A stretch of 33,250 bases of DNA from Welwitschia mirabilis (GCA_051453625.1 JBOZIK010000001.1:20906706-20939955); one strand, 5' to 3'. Shown: positions 1 to 12,900, counted from the first letter of the stretch. The notes: generated from the letters alone by a model not told the origin. Translations and numbers: made by a program.

Positions 1-640
1 AAAATACATTATGTCTTCATTGAAAACTACATCACATGATTTAAATGCCTTCTTTTTTACAGGATCCCACGGCTTGTAACCACGATCATCACCACCGTAA
101 CCAAAAAACACACATTTTCTGGCCTTTTTTCTAAGCTTAGAAGCACTCTGTTGATGAGCAGAGACTTCACATCCAACCATCCTAAGGTGAGAGTAAGAAA
201 TAGAACTCCCACTCCATTGGCATTCTGGTACTTGTCCATCAATTTCATTATGTGGACAGCTACTTCAACAGGTATGCAATGGTACTTGCAACTTCAGCCC
301 AAAACTGTTTGGGCAAACTAGAATGAGTGAGAACAACTCTCATTCTTTCCAAAATAGTCCTATTTTGCCTTTTAGCCACTCTGTTTTGTTGTAGAGTTCT
401 AGGCACTGTTCTGTGGTGAATAATTCCAGCTTCCCTACAAAAATTCTCAAATTCATTGGAAATAAACCCACCTCCATTATTTGTCATTAATTCTTTAATT
501 TTACAGCCAGTTTCATTCTCAACTTTAGCCTTGAAAATTCGAAATGCCTGAGAAGCTTCATCTTTTGATTTTAAGGGGTACAACCATAACTTTCTAGAAA
601 AATCATCAACAAAAGTAATCAAATATACAACACCCCCAAA
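1..640 (-). mobile_element. Ty1/copia retrotransposon fragment (integrase core plus downstream SH3-like region), frameshifted
   Basis: ORF 260-622 reads TFVDDFSRKLWLYPLKSKDE...QQNRVAKRQNRTILE...LPKQFWAEVASTIAYL (copia rve). After a frameshift near 260 it continues SYSHLRMVGCEV...ARKCVFFGY...GYKPWDP...KSCDVVFNE. Bounded by the window start and the gap at 641-740. Confidence 0.93.
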
Positions 641-1249
641 NNNNNNNNNNNNNNNNNNNNNNNNNNNNNNNNNNNNNNNNNNNNNNNNNNNNNNNNNNNN
701 NNNNNNNNNNNNNNNNNNNNNNNNNNNNNNNNNNNNNNNNGTTTTCTTTTTTCACTTGATAGGGTCACCCTTCTACAGAATAGCAGCATGTGCAGCGATG
801 TCAAAAAGAGGAGATACTAGATGCCTATATGTTTCTTAATATAATTAAAAGGTTGGCTGTTTTTCTTAGTATGTAGCTGTTATTTGATATAGTGCCCAAC
901 TTGTGTGGTAATTTCAATCAATAACTGAGTAGAATTTTGTCATCTTTCAAGCAGATGTCCTTTGATATTTATTCCCCATGCTAAGGAAAATTTCTATTTT
1001 TTCTCCTTGATTAAGCGGAAACATGTGAGATGAAACACAAATAATGATTTCTACTTAAAGTTATTTTACTTCAGATTTTGTTGGACACTTACTGGATAAA
1101 GCCTCAACAGAACTAGAGAATGAGGGGGAGCAACAGCCCAAATAAGCATGGGTGTAGGTTGGTTAACATTGTCAAGTAACAATAAAAGTTACAATAACTT
1201 GCCATACACTAGTACAAAGGGAACAGAAGATTCAAAAAAAAAAAAAAAA

Positions 1250-3600
1250 AAGGTAAAGTAAGATTTGCAACTTGGAGTCCAGAAAAGTTGAAATCATTTT
1301 GTAAATCTCACTAAAATTTTATGAGGTAGCACTTGATATATATTTATATATATATAATATATCTAAAAGAAAAAATATGAAAGAGAAAATAAAATCCTGC
1401 AAGAATTTAATCCATAATAAGAAAAGATAATTCTAACCCTTTTGTACCTTTTCCTATAATAAGAAGAGACGATTTATTAAAATAAACATTTGGAATTATT
1501 ACAATTACTTAAAAAACAAAAAGGAATTTTTTAAGTTCCTTCAAAATAAATGAAATACAAAGTATAATATTTCTTTACAAGATATTCCGAAATAAGACTT
1601 ATTTAAGATTAACAATCGAGTAGAGCTTCTTCAAAATTTTGAGAGCAAATTATTCATTTCATTTGAGGAAACTTGTGAAGGAACCCCAAGAATAGCTTGA
1701 GGGAAGGTAACAAATGCAGAAGTTCTATATTGCAAAACATTGAAGTATGGTGCATCTCTTGCTGGGGAAGTACTTTAGCACAAATTCAATCATGCATTAG
1801 AATTTGGACTAGTGATTGAGTGGTTTATTAAAAAGGTTGTTATGTTGTTTAGGAAGGGAAATGAGTCAGATTTAAATAATTATAGGTTGATTATGATTAA
1901 CAATCTTTTTGTAAGACTGTTATGAATTATCATTAAAGTAAAGATTGTAGATAGGTAGAGGAAAATAAACTTTAGGTAATTTCTAAGGTAGGTTTTCAAC
2001 GATATTATTTATAGTAAATCATTTTATCACTTTAAAGCATCCTAATCCATTTAGTTTGTGGATTATTCTAAGGTATGTGATACAATCACGGGGAATAAGC
2101 TTTGATAGGTAGAATATTAGAAGTTTAGAGCTTTGACAGCCCTATTGTTTGCAATTCAAAAGTTGAATGTATGTATCTACTTCAAGGCAGTGTTTCTTAG
2201 GAAATTGTGTTGTTACATAGTTCTATTGGTGTTAAAACTTCATCCATGTCATATACTTGGAGTTCTTATTGATGAAGTAGAGAGCTGGATAAATGAAATA
2301 TCCCTAATCATTTTATATAAATAGGAAATTATCATGTGGACCTATTGGTCTTTGCAAATCATTTTCATTAATTTCTACCACAAAGCAAGACTTACAACGT
2401 ATGCTACATATTTGGGATAAATTTTACCATCAATTTCTAATGAAGATTAATATTTAAAAAACTAAAATTATGGTTTGTGAGATGTTTGATACTAGTTTTC
2501 CTTTTCAAATAGGAAATAAATAGGTTGAAATTATTCTATCTTATGAATACCTTGGATGGAATGCTCTGATAATTATATATGGGATATGTGCATCACAAAG
2601 TGTTACTGAAGGTATGAAAGCCTCACCTTTAAAAACAAAACGTAAGAAAGAGGGAATTTTGGTAGGATGGATTCATTGGATTGGATTGCTTTAATAATTA
2701 TGTATGGGATAAGTGTATCACTCAAAGTGTTACTGAAGGTATGAAATCCATATTTGCCCTTAAAAACAAATGTAAAAAAGAGGGAATTTTTGGTGGGATG
2801 TTCATAGACAACCTTCTCATATTGTTACTTAACCAATAGTTTTGTATGTTTATGTTCCTTGAAGCGGTGGATTAGCAGATAAACACTATAAGGAAATAGA
2901 AAAAGTTCAAAAATAGCTCTTATTAGAAGAATTTAAGGTAAAAGACTAAACATAATATGATATTATGCTTTTTGAATTTGAATAGATGCATTTAGATGTA
3001 GAAGTTGTTTGTAAGTTTGTAGCTTGTGTTTATAATCTCTTAAATTCCACTACTAATAAATTTTCTATAAGGGTGTTCCAAATGGTTCAAGCAAAAGCTT
3101 GGATTTATCAAGGAATTCTTTGACTTTAGAAATAAAATGTTCAGGAAACAATTTTTCATTGCAGTCCTAAATAATTTTGAACAATTATAAAATAGACAGC
3201 ACTTCAAATGGTTTGGGAAAACACGTATAGAACGAAGCAATTTTATTTAAACAATATTAGATGAGGCATTTCTACAAAGGAATGTATTTAAGTGCCATTA
3301 TTTCCCTTTATTTATTGAGTTGGGTTAGTAAGACAAGAATGGAATCTTATTATTGTAGAATTGAAACAAGTAGATGGTTTCAAGTTCCTTAAGAAAAATA
3401 CATGCATTGACTTTGTGACCAGAATTTTAGTGAAGATGAATATCATGTCTTTCTTAAATATCCTTCAATAGATAACATACAAAATAACTACTACATCAAA
3501 GCTTATAACTTGGTTGAATTGTTTCAAGTTTTACCTAAAACTTTGGGTAACTTTATAGATGACGTCTTTTAGACTTATGCCATATACATTTATTTTGTCT
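1250..3600 (+). mobile_element. Degenerate non-LTR retrotransposon (LINE) ORF2: RT plus C-terminal Cys/His motif
   Basis: Broken frames give KVVMLFRKGNESDLNNYRLIMINN (~1835), FVDYSKVCDT (~2056), LLVFANH (~2343, FADD equivalent), YEYLG (~2542) and LCDQNFSEDEYHVFLKYP (~3411). Many stops. Homologous to the reverse complement of 6650-11330. Ends approximate. Confidence 0.85.
2552..2800 (+). repeat. Tandem duplication, ~125-bp unit x2, inside the LINE
   Basis: ttggatggaatgctctgataattatatatgggatatgtgcatcacaaagtgttactgaaggtatgaaa at 2552 recurs as ttggattggattgctttaataattatgtatgggataagtgtatcactcaaagtgttactgaaggtatgaaa at 2677. Confidence 0.85.
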
Positions 3601-4549
3601 AATAGATTCTTAGTCATAGAGACATGAGTAGCTTATATGGTTATTAACCTCAAGCAAGATTGATGAAGTACTTTCACTAGAAAGAAATTAGGAACTCTCA
3701 ATATGATCTAGAATAATATAAAAGATTTTTTTGAAGTATGCCTTAGTTTTAGAACATTTAGTAGAGCTTTACAATTTTAGAATTTGTAAAGGGTGTACAC
3801 ATACCAAGTTGTTGAACAGATGTGTATTTCTTAAAGCATGCTAAAAGAGTAATAAGTCGCTATACATGTCTTGTAAAGCTGTTTTATAAGGCTTATTAGC
3901 CAAGTGGTCGAAGTTAATTATAGTTATACAATACTATAAAAACCATGACATAGTGAAATAAATGTACATCCAAGTTTAATAATTGATTATAATGCTATAA
4001 TGCAAAACCAAACATTGAGTTAACTTGGTAACCTTGTAAGCCATAGACAACTGGGGAAGTAAGTTTAAATGACGGTGGAAAGGAATTGAAAAGTTCAACT
4101 TCGTACTTCCATAGCATGATTGACTAAATATCTAATCCATTATGCCAGTTAAGAGAGAGTGCATAAATTATTGTATAATTATATGTGATTTAAAATGTGA
4201 AAATTCTAGTAATTATACCTACCTCTAGAAGTTCAGCCATTGTGATCATTCAAATGAATAATTTAATTATACCCAAAGGTGTTATAGTATACTAAGAAAT
4301 GCATCCAAGGGTTCTAAGCCATGACATTCTAAATAGAAGATGACTATTCTGCCAATTGATCCACAATGCCATGGGCTCATTATTGTATAATTAGATTAAT
4401 TAATTATGTTACTAAACCATTTAGCTCCTATTTTGTAATAACTCACTATACATGCGATATAATTTAAAGCATAAGATGAGAAGAATTATCATTCAGCTAT
4501 TAATAATTGCTTATGTCATTAAGTACTCTTTTAAAATGAAGTTAAAAAG

Positions 4550-6350
4550 TCAAGTGCTTATTTCATATAATAATTATTTTTTCACTACAATATCTTTAGA
4601 ATTATTTTTTCATGTGAAAGAGTCACATGTAAATGAACTTGCTTATTATTAATAGAGATATATATTAAAATAAAATGAAAACTCTAAATAAAAAGAAGTT
4701 TACAATGTTCAAAACTTATAAGATCTTTTCTCGTTTTTGTAAACTAATCATATAAGCATTTTACTTATGGGATTTGTAAGACTTATAGGATGGGAGGTTT
4801 ACATGAAATGCGTTTACAAAATACAAAGCAAAGTTGAAATGACAAATGCACATATTATGATACAATCCAAAAATCACACTTTTTTCTCTTTTTTTAACAA
4901 ATACAAATTCTAGTATTTAGGAAACTTGTAGCCTAAACCTTAAAATGTCTTTCAAGAACACGATTTATAAATTTTAATAAATTTGAAAATACTTTATAAG
5001 AGATCAAGGTATGTGAACCAATTCATACAATTACTTTGGAAGATGATATATCTATTGAAGACTACTTTTGTGTGGTGTGGACTTACTTTTTTGACTCATA
5101 AATAGTCGCTAATGAAATTTTGATTATTCACAAATAGTAGTTTGATGACATTTTGATGGCATTTCAAGAGTTCAAAGATCCTATAAAATGTGAACAATAT
5201 ATAGAAATCAAAATAGTACAAACAAATAAGGAGAATTTTGTCCAAAGGAGATTTAACATCACATTTATAGCATAAGATAAGCAAATAATTATGTCTTATT
5301 ACCGACAAGACAATGATGGCACTAAACAAAAGAATCAAGTAATTATGATTTTGATGTATATAATTCTTTTTAATAGGCTAAAAATTGTCATGATCATTTG
5401 AAAAGCTTCATTAAGACTTCCTGAGATCAATTATCATTATTTAAATGATCCAATAAATTAAGAGTCTCTAACCATTTCTTGACATGTCATAGTTGTCAAA
5501 TAATAAATCTTACCAAGCTCTATTCAAGGCTAAAAATTATCGTAATAATTTGAAAAGTTCCATTAAGACTTTTTGAGATCAACTATCATTATTTAAATGA
5601 TCCAACAAATTAAGAGTCTCTATGCATTTCTTGAAATGTCATAGTTGTCAAATAATAAATCTTATCAAGTTCCTTTAATAAAGTTAAACATATTGTCAAT
5701 CAATATATTCTCTAACATATCTTAAATAATTTTTATAAGGGTAAGCATGAAGCCCTTGGAATAGTAGTTATATTGACTGTCCATTATTAAGTTAAAAAAA
5801 CAACAAACTACCAATGCTAATAACATGATAAATGTTATTCAAGAGTGATAATACTAGAGAAGTTTCAATAAGATAGGAAAAAAAATTACAAATAAATAAT
5901 TATAAAATAATTGAAAAGTAGACTTTATAGAATACCATTAACAAAATAGTAATTAGGCACATATTCTTGAATCTATCTGAGTTTTTGAGATTTGTTGCAT
6001 TACAGATAAAAAGATTGTTTTAGCTTGAAAGTTTTTTTAACTTATAAACAATATTTTTATTTGTATTCTTAGATCTTGTTAGAAAATACATGTAAATCTT
6101 CTCTTCAAAATCGACATGAAAGAAATTTATTCTAATGTTAAAATATTCCATATCCAAATTAATATAATTAACAATTTCTAAAATAAAATGGACTAACAAG
6201 TATTGAATAAATCATTAAAACAATACCAAATCTTGTGAAGAACCTTTAAGCACCACTTTAAACACATATCAGCTTTTTCTTAACATATCCTTTATTCAAA
6301 ACCTACATTGTACTTTAGATATAAAAATTTTGTCTTTATGTCAACAACTT
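4550..6350 (-). mobile_element. Highly degraded LINE RT remnants (probably a second family, possibly two pieces)
   Basis: The minus strand gives HPISLTNPISKML*LVL (~4740-4795, like YRPISL). A degenerate match to GVPQGSxLGPxLFxxFI (VLKGSSQDLVLF**FIQYL) lies at ~6200-6255. The motif order suggests more than one fragment. Confidence 0.4.
5375..5672. repeat. Tandem duplication, 152-bp unit x2
   Basis: aggctaaaaattgtcatgatcatttgaaaag...gtcatagttgtcaaataataaatcttaccaag from 5375 repeats from 5527 with scattered substitutions. Confidence 0.9.
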
Positions 6351-6942
6351 TCATTTCATAATTGTTTTACTTCTTACCATTTTATTTAGCATTTATGCTT
6401 AAATATTTTATAAAATAAATTACAAACTCATAATCATAATTATCACATTACTTTTCAAACTCTTTTAAAAGATTAGAGGATTTTATAAGAGTCACTCTTT
6501 ATGTTTTTATACAACCACTTTATGTTAGTAATAAATGGTTGTCATGTTTTTGTATTATTTTTACATGTATAAGTGTGTAAAACCTTTTTGGTGTGTACAT
6601 ATAATTACTTAACTATGGTTTGAATTTTAAGTATGTAACTAGAGTAGTAATTGGATAAAAGCAATGTATATATAAAGATTTCATCTATAAAGCTATTTAG
6701 AGTTTTGGGTAAAACTTGAAATAATTCAACCAAATCATAGGCTTTGATGTTCTATTTATTTTATATGATATTTTTTGAAAGGAATTTAAGAAATACATGA
6801 TATTTATCTTCAACAATATTTAAGAAATAATGAGATCACATTCTTTGCTTAGTAATCTGAATATGTAAACAAAGAGGGATAGTAGCACTTAAATAAGTTA
6901 CCTTTGTAGAAGAACATTCACTAATATTGCTTTAGTAAAATT

Positions 6943-8102
6943 TGACGCAGAAGCGTCCTTTCATATGTTTCTCAACATTGGTCGATGATATAGAAGTTCT
7001 AGGGTCTCATAGAAACTGTTATAAAGGATGTGAGCCCCTTTTGTTGTAACTCCTCATTATTGTAATTATCATTTAAAAAGGAGGTGAAGGGAAGTCTAAG
7101 GGAGTCTCTACTAAGGAGAGAGGTCTAGGTTAATTTAATCTAGGAGTTTATTAGGGGTGTGATTACTTGTTCATCTAGAAAGATCATGTATAAATCAAAA
7201 CAAGATGTTAACAGAAAGGCATTGCCTGCTCATTTGCCTTGGTTTGGCAAGGGACTCGGAATCACTTTGCATTTCTTAATGGCTTTCGATATTTGGATTT
7301 AACAAACCCTTCTTTATATCTCTTTATTATGTTACTCTAATGTGTGACTCTATAGTAGCTTTCTTTTGGCTACGTTAAATGGTATCAGAGCCAAAAAAGA
7401 TCCTGTGAAGGAAAGCCAAGCAAGGAAGATCTACTTATTGAAGGATAAAAGCCTACTTTGAGGAAAGGGGACTTTTGCGGCTTGGAGAGATAGTAGAGGA
7501 TGCCATGAAAGTGCAAAGTCCAGCTTGTATTTATTGGCATGGAGATCATGGTATATAGATCAGCGAAGAGGGGTCTAGTGGTGAAGGATCCAGTGTTCTA
7601 TGGGAAGAGCCTGTCTTCATGAATATAATTATGCTACCGGTAAGAGAGGGCGTTTGACATAGGAGCATCTTCATATGTTTCTCTAAATTGGTAGATGATA
7701 TAGAAGTTGTAGGGTCTCAAAAAAATGTTATAAAGGATGTGGACCCCTTTTGCTGTAACTCCTTCTTATTGTAATCATTATTTAGAAAGGAGGTGAAGGG
7801 AAATCTAATCGGTTCTTTACAAAATATAGAGAGATGTTTATGTTCATTGAATCTAGTATTTTATTAGGAGGTGTGATTACTTGTTCATCAAGAAAGCTCA
7901 TGTATAAATTGAAATGAAATGTTAATGAAAAGGCATTGCTTGCTCGTTTGCCCTAGTTTGGCAAGGGACTGGTAATTACTTTGTGTTTCTTATTTTTATT
8001 TTAATGAATTTCGATATTTAGATTTAATAAACCCTTTTTTATATCTCTTTATTATGTTTCTTTACTGTGTGACTCTGTCGCAACTTTCTTTTAGCTGCAT
8101 CA
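6943..8102 (+). mobile_element. TRIM-type non-autonomous LTR retrotransposon, structurally complete
   Basis: 5' LTR 6943-7377 (TG...TA) and 3' LTR 7655-8102 (TG...CA) are direct repeats. PBS tggtatcagagcc at 7380-7392 is complementary to initiator tRNA-Met. PPT aagagaggg at 7642-7650. 5-bp TSD AAATT at 6938-6942 and 8103-8107. About 275 bp of non-coding interior. Confidence 0.93.
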
Positions 8103-8106
8103 AAAT

Positions 8107-9775
8107 TGCTTCTTACTATCTATGTTTTCCAAAATCTTTTAAAGTGCTTTTTGTTTTATAATTGTTCAAAATTCTTTAAGATATTAGTTTAAAACTTAAT
8201 ATTAAATGTTTAGCTATTAAAGTAAAAATCTTCTCTAACAAAACCAACCTGTTTCTTGAGTTATGTGGAATCCTTTTACAAAATTATTAAGTACATAATT
8301 TAAGACATTATGAATATAAGCTCCAAACTGACAAACAATATTTATCTCCAAAGGCATAAATTTATCTTCAAGAAGTATAATATCATATTATGTTTGGTGT
8401 TTTACCTTAAATTCTTTCAATGAGAACTATTTTAAAACTTTTTCTATTTGCTAATGTGGGACCTTAAACAATAGAACCATATACAATTATTAATTGAATA
8501 ATAGTGTGAAAAAGTTATCTAAAAGTTCCCTAATACAAAAGTACTTCCTTTTGACATTTGTTTTCTAATGCAACTAAGGCTTTCATTCCTCCAGTAAACC
8601 TTTTAGTGATGCGATCATCCCATCTATAAGTATTATATCATTCGAATCCCAAGTGCTTCTTCCTGTCCATGTTTTCGCAAATCCTTAAGAGTGTATTTTG
8701 TTTTATAATTGTCCAAAATTCTTTAGGATTTTAATGAAAAACCTAATATTAAATGTTTCACTATTAAAGATAAAACTTTTTTTTGACAAAACCAACCTTT
8801 TTCTTGAGTTACATGGAATCCTTTTAGAAAATTTGTTAAGTAAAGAGATTATGAACACAATCTCAAAATTGACAAATAATGTTTACCTCCAAAGGCATAA
8901 ATTTATCTTCAAAAAGTATAATATCATATTATGTTTGGTGTTTTACCTTAAATATTCTAATGAGAACTATTTTTAAACTTTGTTTATTTTCTTCCATTAT
9001 TTTCTACTAATCTAGGGCCTTAAACAATAGAACTATACATAACTATTAATTGAATAATAGCGTGAAAAAGTTATCTACAAGTTCCCTAATACAAAAGGAA
9101 CTTCTTCTTACATCTATTTTCTAATGAAACTAAGGCTCTCATGCCTCTAGTAAACCTTTTAGTGAAGCACTTATCCCATCTATAAGTATTAGCACATTTA
9201 AATCCCAAGTGCTTCTTCTTGTCCATGTTTTCCAAAATCCTTTAGAGTTTTTTTTGTTTTATAATTATCCAAAATTATTTAGAATATTAATGAAAAACTT
9301 AATATTAAATGCTTCACTATTAGAGCCAAAACTTTCTCTAATAAAACCAACCTTTTTCTTGAGTTATATGGAATCCTTTTAGAAAATTTATTAAGTACAT
9401 AATTTAAGAGATTATGAACATAAGCTCCAAACTAACAAATAATGTTTACCTCCAAACACATGAATTTATCTTCAAAGAGTACAATATCATATTATGTTTG
9501 GTGCTTTACCTTTAGTTCTTCCAATGAGAACTATTTTTAAACTTTCTCTACTTTGTTCCATTGTTGTTTACTGATTTGGGGCCTTAAACAAGAGAACTAT
9601 ATATCATTATTAATTGAATAATAATGTGTAAAAATTATCTATAAGTTTCCTAATACAAGAGTACCTCCTTTTTACATCTGTTTTCTAGTGCAACTAAGGC
9701 TTTCATGCCTTTAGTAAACCTTTTAGTAATGCACTTATTCCATCTACAAGTATTAGAGCATTCTAATCCTAAGTG
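8107..9775. repeat. Three tandem copies (~550-565 bp) of a LINE ORF2 segment
   Basis: Units start with tgcttctt...atgtttt at about 8107, 8654 and 9210. Each ends with a variant of cattcgaatcccaag. All share an internal aatatcatattatgtttggtg. Confidence 0.92.
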
Positions 9776-10336
9776 GTTATAGGATGAAACAATTTCAACC
9801 TATTCATTTCCTATTTGAAAAGAAAAATGCATATCATTCATGACACAAATCATAAATAAGGCTTTTTTAAACATCAATCTTCATTTTAAACTAGTGCAAA
9901 GATTTATCCAAAATATGTGCCATATGTTGTAAGCATTGCTTCGTTTTGGAAGTTATGTAAAATCATTTGTAAAGACCAAGAGGATCATAGGATGCTTCTC
10001 TACTTATATAGAATGATTAGGGAAGATTTCATTTATTATAACTTTTAATTCATGAATAAAAAATCCAAAAATTTAAGGTGAGAGAGGACAACCTTGCTTA
10101 ATACTAATAGAAATATGAACATCACACTTTCATGAGAAAAGTATTTATGAGCTAGATACATACCTCATTATATAGCTTTTGAATTATAGATAATAAAGTT
10201 AAGAGAGTTTAAATATGCCATAATTGTTGTCAAGTTTATTCTTGATAATCAAATCATACATTTTAGAGAAATCTACAAACAAATGAATTTCTTTTTATTC
10301 AAACTATTATCTTCATAAATAAGGTGCTTTAAGGTG

Positions 10337-10527
10337 TCCAAGATCGATTGCCACAATAGTTAAATCTTAGACATATTGAACCTGAAGTCCCGAGTTCAAA
10401 CCTTTGCATTAGCAAGGGTGCATAGTTTGAAAAATTGCATGGGCTCAAATGCCACTGGGTGTTTGTGCATCATATACCTACCTACTATCCATTTCCCTCA
10501 TATAAAATAAAATAAAGTAAAATAAAA
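10337..10527 (+). mobile_element. tRNA-derived SINE with A-rich tail and 20-bp target-site duplication
   Basis: Perfect TSD aaataaggtgctttaaggtg at 10317-10336 and 10528-10547. Degenerate A-box tgccacaatagtt at 10349-10361, B-box gagttcaaacc at 10392-10402, and tail taaaataaaataaagtaaaataaaa. Confidence 0.85.
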
Positions 10528-12199
10528 AAATAAGGTGCTTTAAGGTGAAAGATAATCTAGTATAAAATGATATTACCAAAAGCCTATTTGAGAAATTTTT
10601 TGAAGTTTATTTTTCTTTATTTGTGTACCAATATTTGCTTTAATGATTATTGTTAGAGTTTTGCAAAACTATCTTTAGTTACAGTTAATTTGTAATGATT
10701 TAAATCTAATTTATTTCCCTTCTTGAAAAACATAACAACTTTGACAATGAACTGATTTTTGTCTAATCAAAATTCTAATACATGATTGAGTCTTTTTCAA
10801 AATTTCTTTTGAAATAATAGATCTACCTTAGTATGATATCTCCTCATATAAGCCTTTCACATCTATTGCTTAGTTGAACCCAATCCTTGGATCCCTCCAT
10901 AAATTTTATCAAATGAAAGGGATAATTTATTATCAAGATTTAGAAAAAGTTATGTTTCATTATTATATTTAAAGAAGTGTTAATAAAAATTTTGAATATC
11001 TTGAAAAAATATATTATATAATTTTTTTTTGAAGAGGCTTGAAAAAGTTCTTGACTTGTTTTTTAGCGATGTATTAATTTAACTATCCTTAATTGATTAA
11101 TTTTTCTCTTCTTATTATATACTAGATTCTTAGACGATCTATTTTCTCCTATGATTGTTTTTAGGACTTAAAGAGTTATCTTTACTTCTTTATATTCATC
11201 ATTAAACCACCATTTTTCCCTCCTACTCTATGCCTTAGACACACACCAAGCATTAACTAACAAAATTTCCAAAATATTTACAAAAGGATCCCATCTTTTC
11301 TAAACTTCAAGTTGAAAATATCACTTCATGTTTTTTGTGATTGTACATAAAACATTTCATTTTTCCTATTAGTAACAATGAAATTATATTGAAATAATAA
11401 AAGGAAAAGATCAATGGAAATATTTGAGTAAATTTTCATCTATGTCAAAATACCGAGTACTTAAAAGACTTAGCAAATTGGTTATTACAAAAATCTATAT
11501 TTAAGCATACTTAAGAACTATAAAAGTAAGAGTATTGAAGAATTAAAAGATTTAATCATTGTTCTAATTCAAGAAACGGTTTTCCTTTAAGACTTCACCT
11601 TGAGAAGATCTATCCCATTTAATATTCATTCAATAATCCAAGAATTATCAAAAGACTTAGTTAATAACTTAGACATATTCAGAACTATTTTTAGCATTGA
11701 AATCTCCATGGATGAAGAATTTTCCTAGCTAAGAAAAATTGGAAAAACCTATTATTAAGAAAGAATCTCTCACACAAGGACTTTTTTATTGTATAGATTA
11801 GCTTCTCTTAATAGCAAAAAGATAAATATAAAGAGACTTTTCATTACATCATTTTAAGCCAAATTTATTGATGATTGTCATTTACCTTTTTAATTTAAAT
11901 TTGTTAATGCAAGCTATTACTTCCTTTTTTAATTTAAACTTATTTATCTAAGCTATCTTGTCTTTATTTTTGTTATTAGAAAATGAAATAACATAAAACT
12001 ATGAATTAATAAAAACCAATATTCTTCATCCTTCCACGTCTTTGTAATGAGAAAAATATCAAACTTATCAAAGAAAGAAATTGTATAGAATTTAAGAACT
12101 TTGTCTATTATAGAGCCATGAATATTCACGAATCCATAATGAAATGGCAAAAAACCCTATTTGTTTGATCTGTAACAACTGCGATATACTTTGGATTCA

Positions 12200-12900
12200 A
12201 ATGAGAAAACTTTCCTTTTTCCACTCTTCTGTTTTCTTTATAGGATCCTCTGGTATAGGATCCTCATCTATTCATAATTTTTCTCTTTTAAAGTTGCTTT
12301 GATAATCCCAAAATTTCTCTCTTGCTTATGCACCTTTGAATGTAATGATGATATGTAAGATTTATTTCTTTTGCAACCTATCATATATGCCTTAAACTTA
12401 GATTGTTTTTTAACATGCATTTTAATTTCTTCAATTAAATTTCTTCCTTTCTTTCAAGAAATCCAACTACATGAACGTTTAAGGATTTTCTTACTTTTCT
12501 TCCGGTTCTTCTAGAACTTCAAAAATAGTTGCACTAACATGTGGAACATTTCCTATAGCATGTGCGTTCTTATTCTATAAACCTTGAATCTTGTGTGCTG
12601 CTTTAAATTTTACATCCAACTTTGTTATTTGTTCAAAAACCTTTCTGTGTTGAGACTTTACACGATTTGACAAAAATTTCATTTGTGTAATGAAACACTC
12701 CACTATGATTTTAAGATGTCTGAGTTTTGTTAACATCATCTCCCATTTGATTTTTGAAATGGTGCTTGTTTTTGGGTTTGTAGTTTGTGTTTTTTTGTTC
12801 ATCTAATGAAGTAAATCTACTATTTTGATGTAATTTGCAGATGGACAACATTCTTTATTGTCTTTTTTCTAGGCATTCAATGAATTTACAAAATAAAAAA
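12200..12900 (-). mobile_element. Possible ORF1/5' region of the minus-strand LINE
   Basis: Lies directly upstream of the endonuclease start. ORF 12575-12802 is K/E/Q-rich and helical-looking, with no diagnostic motif. Positional inference only. Confidence 0.35.

Larger units (their letters stand above)
6650..12150 (-). mobile_element. Degenerate LINE ORF2 (APE endonuclease N-terminus, RT, C-terminal motif), interrupted by a TRIM, a SINE and a tandem array
   Basis: Minus strand: GFVNIHGS...FDIFLITKTW (11953-12150, like the APE WNVxGL...DIxxLxETW start), SIKQGCPLSP*IFGFFIHEL (~10050-10105), LLVFTND (~9960-9985) and VEDKYHVFLKF (~6782-6814). The reverse complement aligns with 1258-3590. Confidence 0.85.

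Noticed and set aside
3040..3240. Similar ORFs at 3040-3240 (-) and 8698-8976 (+) suggesting a small gene family
   Set aside because: Both are antisense readings of the same LINE ORF2 segment in the two inverted copies.
5375..5672. Direct repeats here and at 23624-23761 considered as a CRISPR-like array
   Set aside because: Two adjacent copies with no unique spacers and no cas genes, in a eukaryotic context. These are simple tandem duplications.
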